The position numbers were made by a program, and so were the translations under genes. The notes beneath the pieces are model-generated. The model did not search any database and was not told the origin of the DNA. It saw only the letters and a list, made by a program, of their open reading frames with translations. Below are positions 1-11,490 of a DNA stretch of 64,000 bases, piece after piece (the first letter of the stretch is position 1; the number at the start of each line of letters is the position of its first letter). This DNA comes from Mobula hypostoma. Lineage: Eukaryota. The DNA is taken from positions 8,680,001 through 8,744,000 of the forward strand of contig NC_086108.1 of assembly GCF_963921235.1 (NCBI RefSeq). The letters run 5' to 3'.

Positions 1-236
1 CATAAAGTGACGCCGGGCAAAGGAGTGTCTGTACATAAGGTGACTGACAGGAACTGATAAAGTAGTGGTGGTTGGGGGTGTGGAGGGATGGGTTAGTGGG
101 TGGAGGTGTTGATCAGCCTTACTGCTTGAGGAATGTAACTGTTCTTCAGTCTGGTCGTCCTAGAAAGCTATCCCGGAAATCCCCACCACCCAGGACACGC
201 TCTCTTCTCACTGCTGCCATCGGGCAGGGGGTACAG

Positions 237-1274
237 GAGCCTCAGGTCCCACATCACCAGGTTCAGGAACAGTTATTACCCCACAACCATCAGGCTCCTG
301 AACCAGTGTGGATAACTTCACTCACCACAATGAGCCTCAGGTCCCACACCACCAGGTTCAGGAACAGTTATTACCCCACAACCATCAGGCTCCTGAACCA
401 GTGTGGATAACTTCACTCAGCACAATGAGCCTCAGGTCCCACACCACCAGGTTCAGGAACAGTTATTACCCCACAACCATCAGGCTCCTGAACCAGTGTG
501 GATAACTTCATTCACCACAATGAGCCTCAGGTCCCACACCACCAGGTTCAGGAACAGTTATTACCCCACAACCATCAGGCTCCTGAACCAGTGTGGATAA
601 CTTCACTCAGCACAATGAGCCTCAGGTCCCACACCACCAGGTTCAGGAACAGTTATTACCCCACAACCATCAGGCTCCTGAACCAGTGTGGATAACTTCA
701 CTCACCACAATGAGCCTCAGGTCCCACACCACCAGGTTCAGGAACAGTTATTACCCCACAACCATCAGGCTCCTGAACCAGTGTGGATAACTTCATTCAC
801 CACAATGAGCCTCAGGCCCCACACCACCAGGTTCAGGAACAGTTATCACCCCACAACCATCAGGCTCCTGAACCAGTGTGGATAACTTCACTCACCACAA
901 TGAGCCTCAGGTCCCACACCACCAGGTTCAGGAACAGTTATCACCCCACAACCATCAGACTCCTGAACCAGTGTGGATAACTTCACTCACCACAATGAGC
1001 CTCAGGTCCCACACCACCAGGTTCAGGAACAGTTATTACCCCACAACCATCAGGCTCCTGAACCAGTGGGGATAACTTCACTCACCACAATGAGCCTCAG
1101 GTCCCACACCACCAGGTTCAGGAACAGTTATTACCCCACAACCATCAGGCTCCTGAACCAGTGTGGATAACTTCACTCACCACAATGAGCCTCAGGTCCC
1201 ACACCACCAGGTTCAGGAACAGTTATTACCCCACAACCATCAGGCTCCTGAACCAGTGTGGATAACTTCACTCA
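237..1274 (+). repeat. Tandem array of about 11 x 95-bp units derived from the ORF end and 3' UTR start of a Rex1/Babar-type LINE
   Basis: GAGCCTCAGG recurs every 95 nt from 237 to 1187. The unit encodes SLRSHTTRFRNSYYPTTIRLLN, the same C-terminus as other Rex-type copies here. LINE flanks continue at about 175-236 and 1275-1440. Confidence 0.95.
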
Positions 1275-1871
1275 ACTTCATTTGGCCTGTCACTGAAATG
1301 TTCCCACAACCAATGGACTCATATTCAAGGACTCTTCATCTCATGTTCTCAATATTTATTGCTTATTTATTATTATTATTATTTCTTTCTTTTTGTATTT
1401 GCACAGTGTGTTGTCCAAATTGGTATGCTCTTTCATTAGAACACAGAACATAGACCAGTACAGCACCGGAACAGGCTCTGCAGCTCACAATGTTGTGCCA
1501 AACTGGTTAAAAGGTAAATCAAAAACTCCAAAAGCTAATCTCCTCTACCTACACCGTGTCCATATCCCTCTATCCTCCTCACATCCATGTGCCTATCCAA
1601 ACATCTCTTAAAAGCCTCCAATGTATCTGCCGCTACCACCATATCAGACATCCACCACTCTGAGTGAAAAAACTTACCCTGCACATCCCCTTTGAACCTG
1701 CCCCCTTCTCACCTGGATGGTAGGCATCTGGAGAGCTATGGTCCCGGTACAGGTCAATGGGAGTGGCCAGTTTAAATGGTTCAACACAACTAGATGGGCT
1801 GAAGGGTCTGCCTCTGTACTTTTCTATCATTCTAAGACTCCAACAATGAACAAATGAAAAATTACACACAC

Positions 1872-2552
1872 TGAAAGGTTCAAAAGGTTCATTTATTATC
1901 GAAGTATACAACTCTGAAACTCTTCTTCTCCAGATAGCCCCGAAAACAAGAAAGAAAAGAATGGCAGCACGATCATTAACCCCCCAAATCCCACCTCCCC
2001 GCACAAAAAATGAGAAAGATCGGGTGAGTAACACAAAATGTAAAAAACTATAAAAACTGAAAAAAGTCTATAGTCCAAATCTATATCCAAAATGCAGAAA
2101 ACCTAGGTAACTTTCTCCAGGCAGAGGGGCAGGTGTCCTCTCTCTGGTAGCGTAGCAGAGCAATCCCCAGCAATTGAAAGGCAGCCCAGCCTGTGCTCAC
2201 CCTCCACACCCGCCTCGAGGCTTCAACCTCCCTCGTTGCTTTCACTGGTGAACAATCGAAGCTTGAATCAACAAAATGGAGTCAAGAATCGGCTCACACC
2301 CCATACTGCAGACTGCCTGACACAATGTTCGCGCACGTTGCCTCTGCCTCCTGGAATCGTCTCGGAGACTGCAGAGTGCTGAAACATCCAAACTATCTCT
2401 AAACAGCAAATCACAGGCTCCAACAGTTCCGGAATCACATCCAAGGTGAAAAACAAATGTACAAGGCATAAGAGAAGTGAACTGTCTAGTTTCATGATCT
2501 ACCCAGAAGATGTTGACTGGAGGAACGTTGTATGCAGGCGCCATCTTGATCT
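1872..2552 (-). mobile_element. Non-autonomous LINE-related element (CAAGATGGCGCC head, AATAAA plus short-repeat tail)
   Basis: Minus strand begins GATCAAGATGGCGCC and ends ATAATAAATGAACCTTTTGAACCTTT. Related head/tail elements occur at about 53137-54568 and 58985-60792. Confidence 0.5.
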
Positions 2553-2772
2553 CTGGTCGTGGTCCCACACAACCTCAGTGGAAAAAGCCTGCTTGCATTT
2601 GCCCTATCTATACCCCTCATAATTTTGTATACCTCTACCAAATCTCCTCTCAATCTTCTACCTTTCAGGGAACAGAGTCCTAATCTATTCAATCTTTCCT
2701 TATAACTCAGGTCCTCCACATCCAGCAACATCCTCGTAAGTTTTCTCTGCACTCTTTCAACCTTATTTACAT
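2553..2772 (-). mobile_element. CR1 LINE 3' fragment
   Basis: KVERVQRKLTRML...LSYKERLNRLGL...RRLRGDLVEVYKIM is the CR1 ORF2 C-terminus. Confidence 0.85.
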
Positions 2773-4365
2773 GTTCTGCTGCAAATGCCAACTAGAAAAT
2801 GAATCTCAGGGTGACATATACATAAATACTTTGATAATAAATTTACTGTGAACTTTGAATTGTATTAAGAGTCTTTAAAAAAAATCAGCCAATAATAGAG
2901 GCCAGCAATATAACACAAAAATACTGCTCAAACTCAGTGAAAATCCTGACACCGCTTGGACACAGATTTGGGGTGAGGGAAAGGGATTCTGGGGGGACTG
3001 GGGGGGTTCTGTGGCACCCCGAGAAGCGTAAGGGGCCCGATGACCTGTTTCAGTATCGTCTGACCCACGACTTAACTTTGGAAACAGCTCTCTCACATCC
3101 CCTGGTGGCTGTGGCAGGAACTGCACCGTAACACAGAGTACAGTACAGGAACAGGCCATGTGCCTCTTAAAAGCTTCTAATGTATTTTCCTCTACCACCA
3201 TACCAGGAGTCCACCACTCTCTGAGTAAAAAAAACGTACTCCTCACATCCCCCTTAAACCTACACCCCTCACCTTCAATCCATGCTCTCTGGTATTAGAC
3301 AATTCTACTCTGGGAAACAGATACTCCCTGTCTACTCATAATCTCTCAAAATCTTATGAACCTCGGTCAGATCTCCCCTCCGCCTCTGGCCCTCCAGAGA
3401 AAACAGCCCAGGTTTATGCAGCCTGTCATGATAGCACATGCCCTCTAAACCAGGCAAACCTGGGTAAAACTCATCTGCACCCTCTCCAAAGCCTCAACAT
3501 CCTTCCTAAAGGAGCAACTAGATCTGTAAGCAATATTCCAGACGTGGCCTAACCAGAGTTTTATAAAGTTGCAACATAACCTCCTGACTTTTGAACTGGT
3601 GTCTCAACTAATAAAAGCAAGCATTGCATAAGCCTTTTCAACCACCTTGTTGGCCTGTGTAGCCACTTTCTGTGATGAGGATGGTTTGGACCCAAACGCT
3701 GGAGCATCCAAGGCAAGGATCGAGACCCAGTCTCAAACTGGATCAAGAGTCTGAGCACAAAACAAACACTGGACAAGATCACGAGAAGGATTATGATTGA
3801 GCCTCAGTTCAGGTGCTCCTTAAATGCTCAATCCCTGGCGCTCAAAGCACGATTGCCAATTAACGGACCGTCCTGACTCTTTAAAGGAGCTGTTCCAGCT
3901 ATCCGTGCTCCGGGGAGTTCGTGTCTGAACCCTGGAAGCTGGCGCGGATGGGTGCGTGTTGTAACAATTTAAGTAATCGATGAACTTGGATCAAAAGATC
4001 TTTGCTCAACAACACTTTTAAATCTATAATAGAATAATTACCCTAACAGAGTCAATGAAAGACTGCACCAACTTGGGCGTTCAACCAGAATGCAAATTAC
4101 ATCAAACTGTACAAATACAAAAAGAAAAATAATAATAAGAAATAAGCAATGAATATCGAGAACATGAGATGAAGAGTCCCTGAAAGGGAGCCCTTTGGTT
4201 GTGGGAACATTTCAATGATGGGGCAAGTGAAGATGGGTTAACCTCTCCTGCCCCTTTGGAGAAATTTCACAAAGATTTCTCCTTTGATTAGTTCTGTATA
4301 GTTGCTCTGGGTTTCTATAGCAACATTGTCTAAGAAAATTTAACAATGAAGTCATAATCACAATT

Positions 4366-4880
4366 GATTCTGCAGATGCTGGAAATCCAGGGCAGCAGAC
4401 ACAAAATGCTAGAGGAACTCAGCAGGTCAGGCAGCATCTATGGAGAGGAATATTTGATTTAATTTATTAGAGATATAGCAAAGAACAGGCCTTTCTGACC
4501 CATTGGGCCTGCACCACTCACAGTCGACGTTTCAGAACTGGAAAAGAAGGTAGGGTTGCAGAAGCCAGAATTTGAAGGTTGGAGAAGGGGAAGGATTACA
4601 AGCTGACAGGTGAGAGGTAAGACACCCATCTTCCCCTCACCTGGTCTCACTGATCACCTGCTAGCTTGTACTTCTTATCCTCTGCGCACCACACCCCCCA
4701 CCCCCACTCCACCTACTCGTTCTGCGCACCACACCCCCCACCCCCTCTCCACCTACTCGTTCTGGCTTCTATCCACTTCCTCTCCAGTCCCGTTGAAGGA
4801 CCTCGGATTGAAACGCCGACTGTTTAATCCCGTCCTTAGATGCTGCCTGAACTGCAGAGTTCCTCCAGCCTTTGTGTATG
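4366..4880. mobile_element. Old fold-back Penelope pLTR-derived element
   Basis: Left arm is the reverse complement of the pLTR end (CTGCAGATGCTGGAAATCCAG...CAGGCAGCATCTATGG). Right arm is forward (AGATGCTGCCTGAACTGCAGAGTTCCTCCAGC) with a decayed hammerhead at about 4786-4822. Confidence 0.65.
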
Positions 4881-5064
4881 TGTGTGTGTGTTCGTTTGTG
4901 TGTGTATGTGTGTGTGTTCATTTGTGTGTGTGTGTGTGTGTGTTCGTTTGTGTGTGTGTTTATGTGTGTGTGTGTATGTGTGTGTGTCTGTGTTTATGTG
5001 TGTGTGTGTTCATTTGTGTGTGTATGTGTGTGTGTGTGCGTGTATGTGTGTGTGTGTGTTCGTT

Positions 5065-5110
<46 letters not shown>

Positions 5111-5112
5111 TG
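4871..5112. repeat. Imperfect (TG)n microsatellite
   Basis: Directly visible. Confidence 0.95.
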
Positions 5113-6035
5113 TTTCTTTGTTTCGTGGCTGTCTGTGGGAAGGCGAATCTCAGGGTTGTATACTGCATACATACTTTGATTATAAATGTACTCTGAATCT
5201 TGTAAAGCTCCGGAGGCCTTGGGCCAGGACCAGACAGGTTAAATTATCTAAAGCAGGGATATTTTTACACGAGTGAAGCTAAGAGAATATTCAATGGATT
5301 GTACTACGCAATTCCCCACTACGTCAGAGAGGCGTGGAGGGAAATCGTCCGCTAACCGGAGAAACTCTGGATGCGACGTACCTTTCCTTTTTTCCCTATA
5401 CAACATTACGGGGAAGATACCACTCACTCACAAAGAAGGAGGCAAATTGGCTCATTGGGTCCAGTCCAGAGGACCCCATCAACCAAACATCACACATCAG
5501 TGCAGCTACAAAGAAGGCTTGACAACGGCTATGTCACTGGAACTTTGAAGTATTTAGTATACCACCAAAGGCACTCGAAAATTTCCGCAGACGTACCATG
5601 GAGAGTATCTTAACCGGCTGCATCTCCATCTGGTATGGGCAGGGGAGGGGCACAGGCTACTGCACAGGATCAAAATTAGCTGCAGAGAGTTGTTAACTTA
5701 GTCATGGGTACCAACCTCAGTGGTATCCAGGGCATCTTCAAGGAGCGATGCCTCAAAAAGGAGGCGTCCATCATTAAGGACCCCCATCACCCAGGTCATC
5801 CCTTGTTGTCATTGTTACAATCAGGAAGGAGGTACAGAAGCCTGAAGGTACACACTCAACAATTCAGGAACAACTTCTTCCCCTCTGCTGTCTGATTTCC
5901 GAATGGACTTTGAACCCACGAACACTAGCTCATTCCTTTTTTTTTTGTTTTTGCACTATTAATTTAATTCAACTGATATATATATATACACATAGTGACT
6001 ATATTTCATGTTTTATGTTATTATGTATTGCATTG

Positions 6036-6538
6036 CGTTATGTATTGCGCTCGACCGGGGGCTGTGGTCGAGTAGTCGGCGACTTAGGCTGGCTCCCCCA
6101 CCGGACTTAGTCTGGTGAGGAGGGTGTGAGGACACCCAGCAAGACTGAAAAAAACAAGACCTGACAAAGGGTGGATGAGCTCCTTGTGAGCCAACAGCCA
6201 TCTTCTGTGGAAGAGATTAAAGCCTCACCACGTATCTGCGAATCGTATGCTATGCACCGAGTTAGAAGAGACATGATGAACTTGGGCGCTGCATCGTGTG
6301 CCTGGACCTGCCCAAGGCCTCCGCCTAAGGAAGGGCCGAACTTGAAGAAGCAGCCGCGGCTGGAGGCCGACATGGCCTCGGGCTCGAGTTCGGCGGGGCG
6401 GCAGCGGGCGGTGCCAAGGCGGCCAGCGAGAACGAACTGGAGGAGAGGCTGTCTCGGTGCTGTCGCAAGATGGAAGAAGATGGGGGTGTATAGCCGCCAA
6501 CCCCAGATTCGGTACGGCACCCACTGACTGACTGACTG
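6036..6538 (+). mobile_element. Young CpG-rich non-autonomous retroposon with (ACTG)n tail, probably RTE-mobilised
   Basis: TSD ATTGCATTG at 6027-6035 and 6539-6547; tail CACTGACTGACTGACTG. Confidence 0.7.
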
Positions 6539-7044
6539 ATTGCATTGTACTGCTGCACAAAGACAACAAATTTTGTGACGTATGCTGGTGATATTAAACC
6601 TGATTCTGATATTCTCCTCCTTTACCTGCTGCCCTACATCTAACTCGGTTCCTTAAGGTTGTGATAGCTGGTGGGGGAGATAGGGGGGTGGTAATGGGGA
6701 CAATCTCCCTTGACCTATTAAATGTTCCCAATGGTGTGCACCTCGAATAGCCTCTGACAACCAAGTCCAGCTCCGGGCCTTCACGTCTGCCTTAGCAACT
6801 AAGTCCATTTCTACTGACAGGAGAAGGGGCAAAGGCGGGTGACCATTCGCTCTGGGTGGATGGGGCTCGTCAGCCGAGGTTGGCAGTTTGTCTGAGATAA
6901 GGAAAACTCTCATCTCAAACCTCCACTGCCTAATATCTATACCCACTCATGGGGAAGGCTTTGGGAGTAAACCCTGAAGGAAAAATTCAAACCTGGAGAC
7001 CCTGAGGAACTCAAGGCTGACTAGCTTCTCCTGTGATGCCACTG

Positions 7045-7300
7045 GTACCTGATGCTTTACCGTACAGACAGTCCCACTACTGTCTGTAAGGAGTTTGTAC
7101 ATTCTCCCCATCTCCACTTGGGTTTCCTCTGGGTGCTCTGCTTTCATCCCACAGTCCAGACCTGCCGGTTGCTAGGTTAATTGATCAGTGTAAATTCTCC
7201 TGTGGTTAGGTGAGGGTTAAATTGGTGGGTTGCTGGGCAGCTCGGCTTGAGGGCCATAAGGGTCTGTTCCACGTGTATCTCAATAATAAAACAATTAAAT
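7045..7300 (+). mobile_element. V-SINE/HE1-like SINE (degenerate)
   Basis: Central GGAGTTTGTACATTCTCCCC...GGGTTTCCTCTGGGTGCTCTG...CCCACAGTCC domain and A-rich tail. Confidence 0.7.
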
Positions 7301-7814
7301 ATCGCGAGATAGTGTTCCTGGGTCCGTGGCCTGTTCGGAAATCCGATGTTGTAGCTGTATCTAACACACTTTATTGCACATTCTGCTATTTCTCCTTGCA
7401 CTAACTCACAGTACTACCTCAGAGGCTGAGGAGCTCATGGAGGCATTAGTAATGATCGTTCAAGAATGAGGGATTGATCGTGTGGATAGCCAGAGGCTTT
7501 TCCCAGGGGTGAAGTGGCTAACACGAGGGGGCACAGTTTTAAGATGCTTGGAAATGGGTACTGAGGGGATGTCAGGGGTAAGTTTTTCACAGAGAGAATG
7601 GTGGGTGCGTGGAATGCACTGCTGGCGGTGGTGGTGGAAGCAGATACAACAGGGTCTTTTAAGAGACTCTTAGGTACATGGAGCTTAGAAAAATAGAGGG
7701 CTATTTGGTAGGGGAATTCTAGGTAGTTTCTAGAGTAGGTTACATGGTCAGCACAACATAGTGGGCCGAAGGGCCTGTAATGTGCTACAGATTTCTAAGT
7801 TTCTATGTTCTAAG

Positions 7815-9430
7815 AATCACTAGATTCTGGAAGGGTTCTGGGGGACTGAAGATTGCAAATGTCACTCCACTCTTCAAGAAGGGAGGGGTAGGCAGAAGAA
7901 AGGAAACTATAGGACAGTCAGCCTGACCTCAGTGGTTGGGAAGATGTTGGGGTTGATTGTTAACAAGTGGTTTCGGGGTACTTGGAGGTATATGAAAAAG
8001 TAGCTAAAGTCAGCAAGGTTTCCTTGAGGTGAAATCTTGCCTGACAAATCTGTTGGAATTCTTTGAGGAAATAACAAGCAGGATAGACAAAGGAGAACCA
8101 GTGGATGTTGTGTGCTTGGATTCTCAGAAGACCTTTGACAAGGTGCTTAACAAGATAAGAACCCATGGTATTACAGAAAAGATCCTAGCATGGATAAAGC
8201 AGTGGCTGATTGGCAGGAGGCAAAGAGTGGGAATGAAGGGAGCTTTTCTGGTTGGCTGCCAGTGACTAGTGGTGTTCCAGGGAGATCGTTGTTGCAACCA
8301 ATTCTTTTTATGTTATATGTCAATGATTTGGATGATGGAATTGATGGCTTTGTGGCTACGTTTGTGATGCACCATCAATAACTCCAAAAGACTGGAAGTA
8401 GAGTAAATACTGAAAGGCTTTTATTAGCAGTAAAATGTGACCTCCAGCATGCTGAGTATCTGCCCCTGGACTGAGAGGAGGAGCAATGGCGCAATCACCT
8501 TTATTCAGGGGTCTGTGGGAGGAGCCACAGGGGCAGTCAGCAGAGGGCCGTGTCCAGACAGGTAACCCAGTTACAACATATATACATGGTTTGCCACAGT
8601 TTGCAGATGATATGAAAATGGGAGGAGGGGCAGGTAGGGTTGAGGAAGCAGAGAGGCTTCAGAAGAACTTACACGGCTTGGGGGAATGGACAAAGAAATG
8701 GCAGATGGAATATAGTGTCAGGAAGTGTTTGGTCATGCGCTTTGGTAGAAGAAATAAAAGCATAGACTATTTTCTAAATGGTGATAAAATTCAAAACTCA
8801 GAGTTGCAAAAGGACTTGGGAGTCCTCGTGTAGGGTTCCCTAAAGATTAACTTGCAGATTAGGTCAGTGGTGAAGAAGTCAAATGCGATGTTAGCATTCA
8901 TTGCTAGAGGACTAGAGTATAAAACAAGGAGCACTGGGTGCAGCTTTGGGCCTGTTATCTCAGACAGAATGTGCTGACATTGGAGAGGGGTCAAAGGAAG
9001 ATCACAAAAATGGTTCTGGGAATGAAAGGTTTGTCATCTGAGGACCGTTTGATGGCTCTGGACCGATACTCACCGGAATTCAGGAGAATGAGGGGGAGGA
9101 TTTCATCAAAGCCTATCGACTGTTGAAAGGCCACGATAGAATGGATGTGGAGAGAATGTTTCCAATGGTGGGGCAGTCTAGGGCTAGCAGACACAGCCTT
9201 AGAATAGAGGGGCGTCCTTTTAGAACAGAGATGAGGAGGGATTTCTTTAGCCAGAGGGAGGTGAATCTGTGGAATTCATTGCCACAGCCAGCTGTGGAGG
9301 ACAAGTCTTTGGGTATATTTAAGGCAGAGGTTGATAGATTCTTGATTGGTCAGGGCATGAAGGGGTACGGGGAGAAGACAGGAGATTGGGGCTGAGAGGG
9401 AAATGGATCACTCATGATGAAATGGCAGAG
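7815..9430 (+). mobile_element. Decayed CR1 LINE RT to 3' end, interrupted by a solo LTR
   Basis: [30 protein letters not shown] motifs in broken frames. Confidence 0.88.
8365..8598 (-). mobile_element. Solo LTR (234 bp)
   Basis: TG...CA termini, 5-bp TSD GTTTG (8360-8364, 8599-8603) and AATAAA on the minus strand; splits the CR1 at its FADD motif. Confidence 0.8.
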
Positions 9431-9480
9431 CAGACTGACAGAACAATGCAAAGATATAAAATCACATAGTGCAAAAAAAA

Positions 9481-9663
9481 TGCAGACATAAGGAAATCTG
9501 CAGATGCTGGAAATTCAAGCAACACACACAAAAAATGATGGTGAACGCAGCAGACCAGGCAACATCTATAGGAAGAGGTACAGTCTCGGCCTGAAACGTC
9601 AACTGTACCTCTTTCTATAGATGCTGCCTGGCCTGCTGCGTCCACCAGCATTTTTTGTGTGTG
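9481..9663. mobile_element. Miniature fold-back Penelope-derived element (183 bp)
   Basis: Two inverted pLTR-end arms joined inside the hammerhead; 12-bp TSD GTGCAAAAAAAA (9469-9480, 9664-9675). Confidence 0.85.
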
Positions 9664-10204
9664 GTGCAAAAAAAAGTTAGTGTTCATGGATGCACGGACC
9701 ATTAAGGAAGCTAGTGACGGAGTGGAGCGGAAGAAGCAATTGCTGAATTGTTGAAGAGTGAGCGGCCCCTCCTGCACTTTATCTGGGTCGGTGGTCACAA
9801 CCTGGCTACAGCAGAGCTCCTTCCCTGATGATGTGCATTAGGGAGCCAGGCAGGTCTTTGTGACCGACTGCTGAGATCAATGAGAGAGTCACAGGTCACA
9901 GAAACAGACTCTTCAGCACCGATTTTCCATGCCCGTTGATCTAGTCCCTGCTGCCCGCGTTTGGCTCTAAACCTTGCTCCACCACTCAGACCTCTGTATC
10001 TGTGGACCCAGTTTCGTTCTGAATGCTATTTGCTTAATTTTACTGTTTGCACAATTTGGTTTTTTTTTCCCCTCTGCCCAATGTTTGTCAGTCTTTTTTA
10101 ATGGGTTCTTTCGGGTTTCTTGTTTCGTGGCTACCTGTAAGCAGACAGATCTCAAGGTTACATAATGTATACATGCTTTGATAACAAATGTATTTTGAAC
10201 TTTG

Positions 10205-10545
10205 AGAATTCCAGAGCAGCACACACAAAATGCTGGAGGAACTCAGCAGGTCAGGCAGCATCTATGGAAATGAATAAACAGTCAACGTTTCAGGCTGAGA
10301 TCTTTCTTCAGGACTGAAAAGGAAGGGGGGAGATGCCAGAATAAAAAAGACAGGGGAAGGAGTAGAAGAAAGATAGCTGGAAAGTGATAGGTGAAGCCAG
10401 GAGGGTGGGAGAGGAAGGGATCTGATAGGAGAGGAGAGTGGACCGTAGGAGAAAGGGAGGGAGGAGGGGACCCAGGGGAAAGTGGTAGGCAGATGAGAAG
10501 AGGTAAGAAGTCAGAGTGGGGAATAGAATGGGAGGGTGAGGGATG
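10205..10545 (-). mobile_element. Penelope pLTR-derived fragment
   Basis: Pyrimidine-rich UTR, hammerhead and GATGCTGCCTGACCTGCTGAGTTCCTCCAGC end on the minus strand. Confidence 0.75.
10279..10316 (-). ncRNA. Minimal type I hammerhead ribozyme (one stem II mismatch)
   Basis: CAGTC-CTGAAGA-AAG ATCTCAG CCT-GAAA-CG-TT-GACTG; stem I is CAGTC/GACTG. Confidence 0.6.
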
Positions 10546-10777
10546 TAGTTATCTAGTAAGCTTTTAAATGTTGCTAATGTTGAAAGTTCAAAGTAAATTT
10601 TATTATAAGAGTACATGTAAGTCTCCATATACAACCCTGAGATTCATTTTCTTGTGGGCAATCACAGTAAATACAAAGAAACACTATAGAATTAATGAAA
10701 GACTACACAACAGGACAGACAAACAACCAATGTGCAAAAGACAACAACCTGTGCAAATACAAATAAATAAATAAATA

Positions 10778-11490
10778 AGTGGAATGGGTCAAAAGCTTTA
10801 AGTTCCTCGGGGTCAATATCACAAATGACCTGACTTGGTTCAACCAAGCAGAGTCCACTGCCAAGAAGGCCCACCAGCGCCTTTACTTCCTGAGAAAGCT
10901 AAAGAAATTTGACCTGTCCCCTAAAACCCTCACTAATTTTTATAAATGCACCGTAGAAAGCATTCTTCTAGGGTGCATCACAACCTAGTATGGAAGTTGT
11001 CCTGTCCAAGACCGAAAGAAGCTGCAGAAGATCGTGAACACAGCGCAGCACATCACACAAACCAATCTTCCGTCCTTGGACTCACTTTACACCGCACGCT
11101 GTCGGAGCAGTGCTGCCAGGATAATCAAGGACACGACCCACCCAGCCAACACACTTTTCGTCCCTCTTTTCTCCGGGAGAAAGCTCAGGAGCTTGAAGAC
11201 TCGTACAGCCAGATTTGGGAACAGCTTCTTTCCAACTGTGATAAGACTGCTGAACGGATCCTGACCCGGATCTGGGCCATACCCTCCAAATATCCGGACC
11301 TGCCTCTCGGTTTTTTTTGCACTACCTTACTTTCCATTTTTCTATTTTCTATTTATGATTTATAATTTAAATTTTTAATATTTACTATTGATTTGTAATC
11401 CAGGGAACGGGAAGCGCAGAATCAAATATCGCTATGGTGATTATACGTTCTCGTATCAATTGTTTTGCAACAATAAAGTATAAAGTATAA
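10778..11490 (+). mobile_element. Rex1/Babar-type LINE 3' part
   Basis: VKSFKFLGVNITNDLTW...KKAHQRLYFLRKL...NSFFPTVIRLLN, with (TAAAGTA)n tail; the same 3' UTR recurs at about 45915-46132. Confidence 0.85.

Noticed and set aside
237..1274. CRISPR-like array or tandem small-peptide genes
   Set aside because: Units are near-identical end to end with no unique spacers and no cas genes; the 65-aa ORFs are by-products of a 95-bp period in LINE sequence.
3671..3966. Possible solo LTR (TGTGA...TAACA) within a CR1 fragment
   Set aside because: No clean target-site duplication, so not listed as a feature.
6640..7030. Possible HDV-like ribozyme in an RTE-like 5' UTR (TTCACGT loop, CTCCGG...CTGACAGGAG); similar idea for 6055-6150 and 57200-57400
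   Set aside because: I could not build P1, P1.1 and P3 consistently by hand; this needs a descriptor search on a family consensus.
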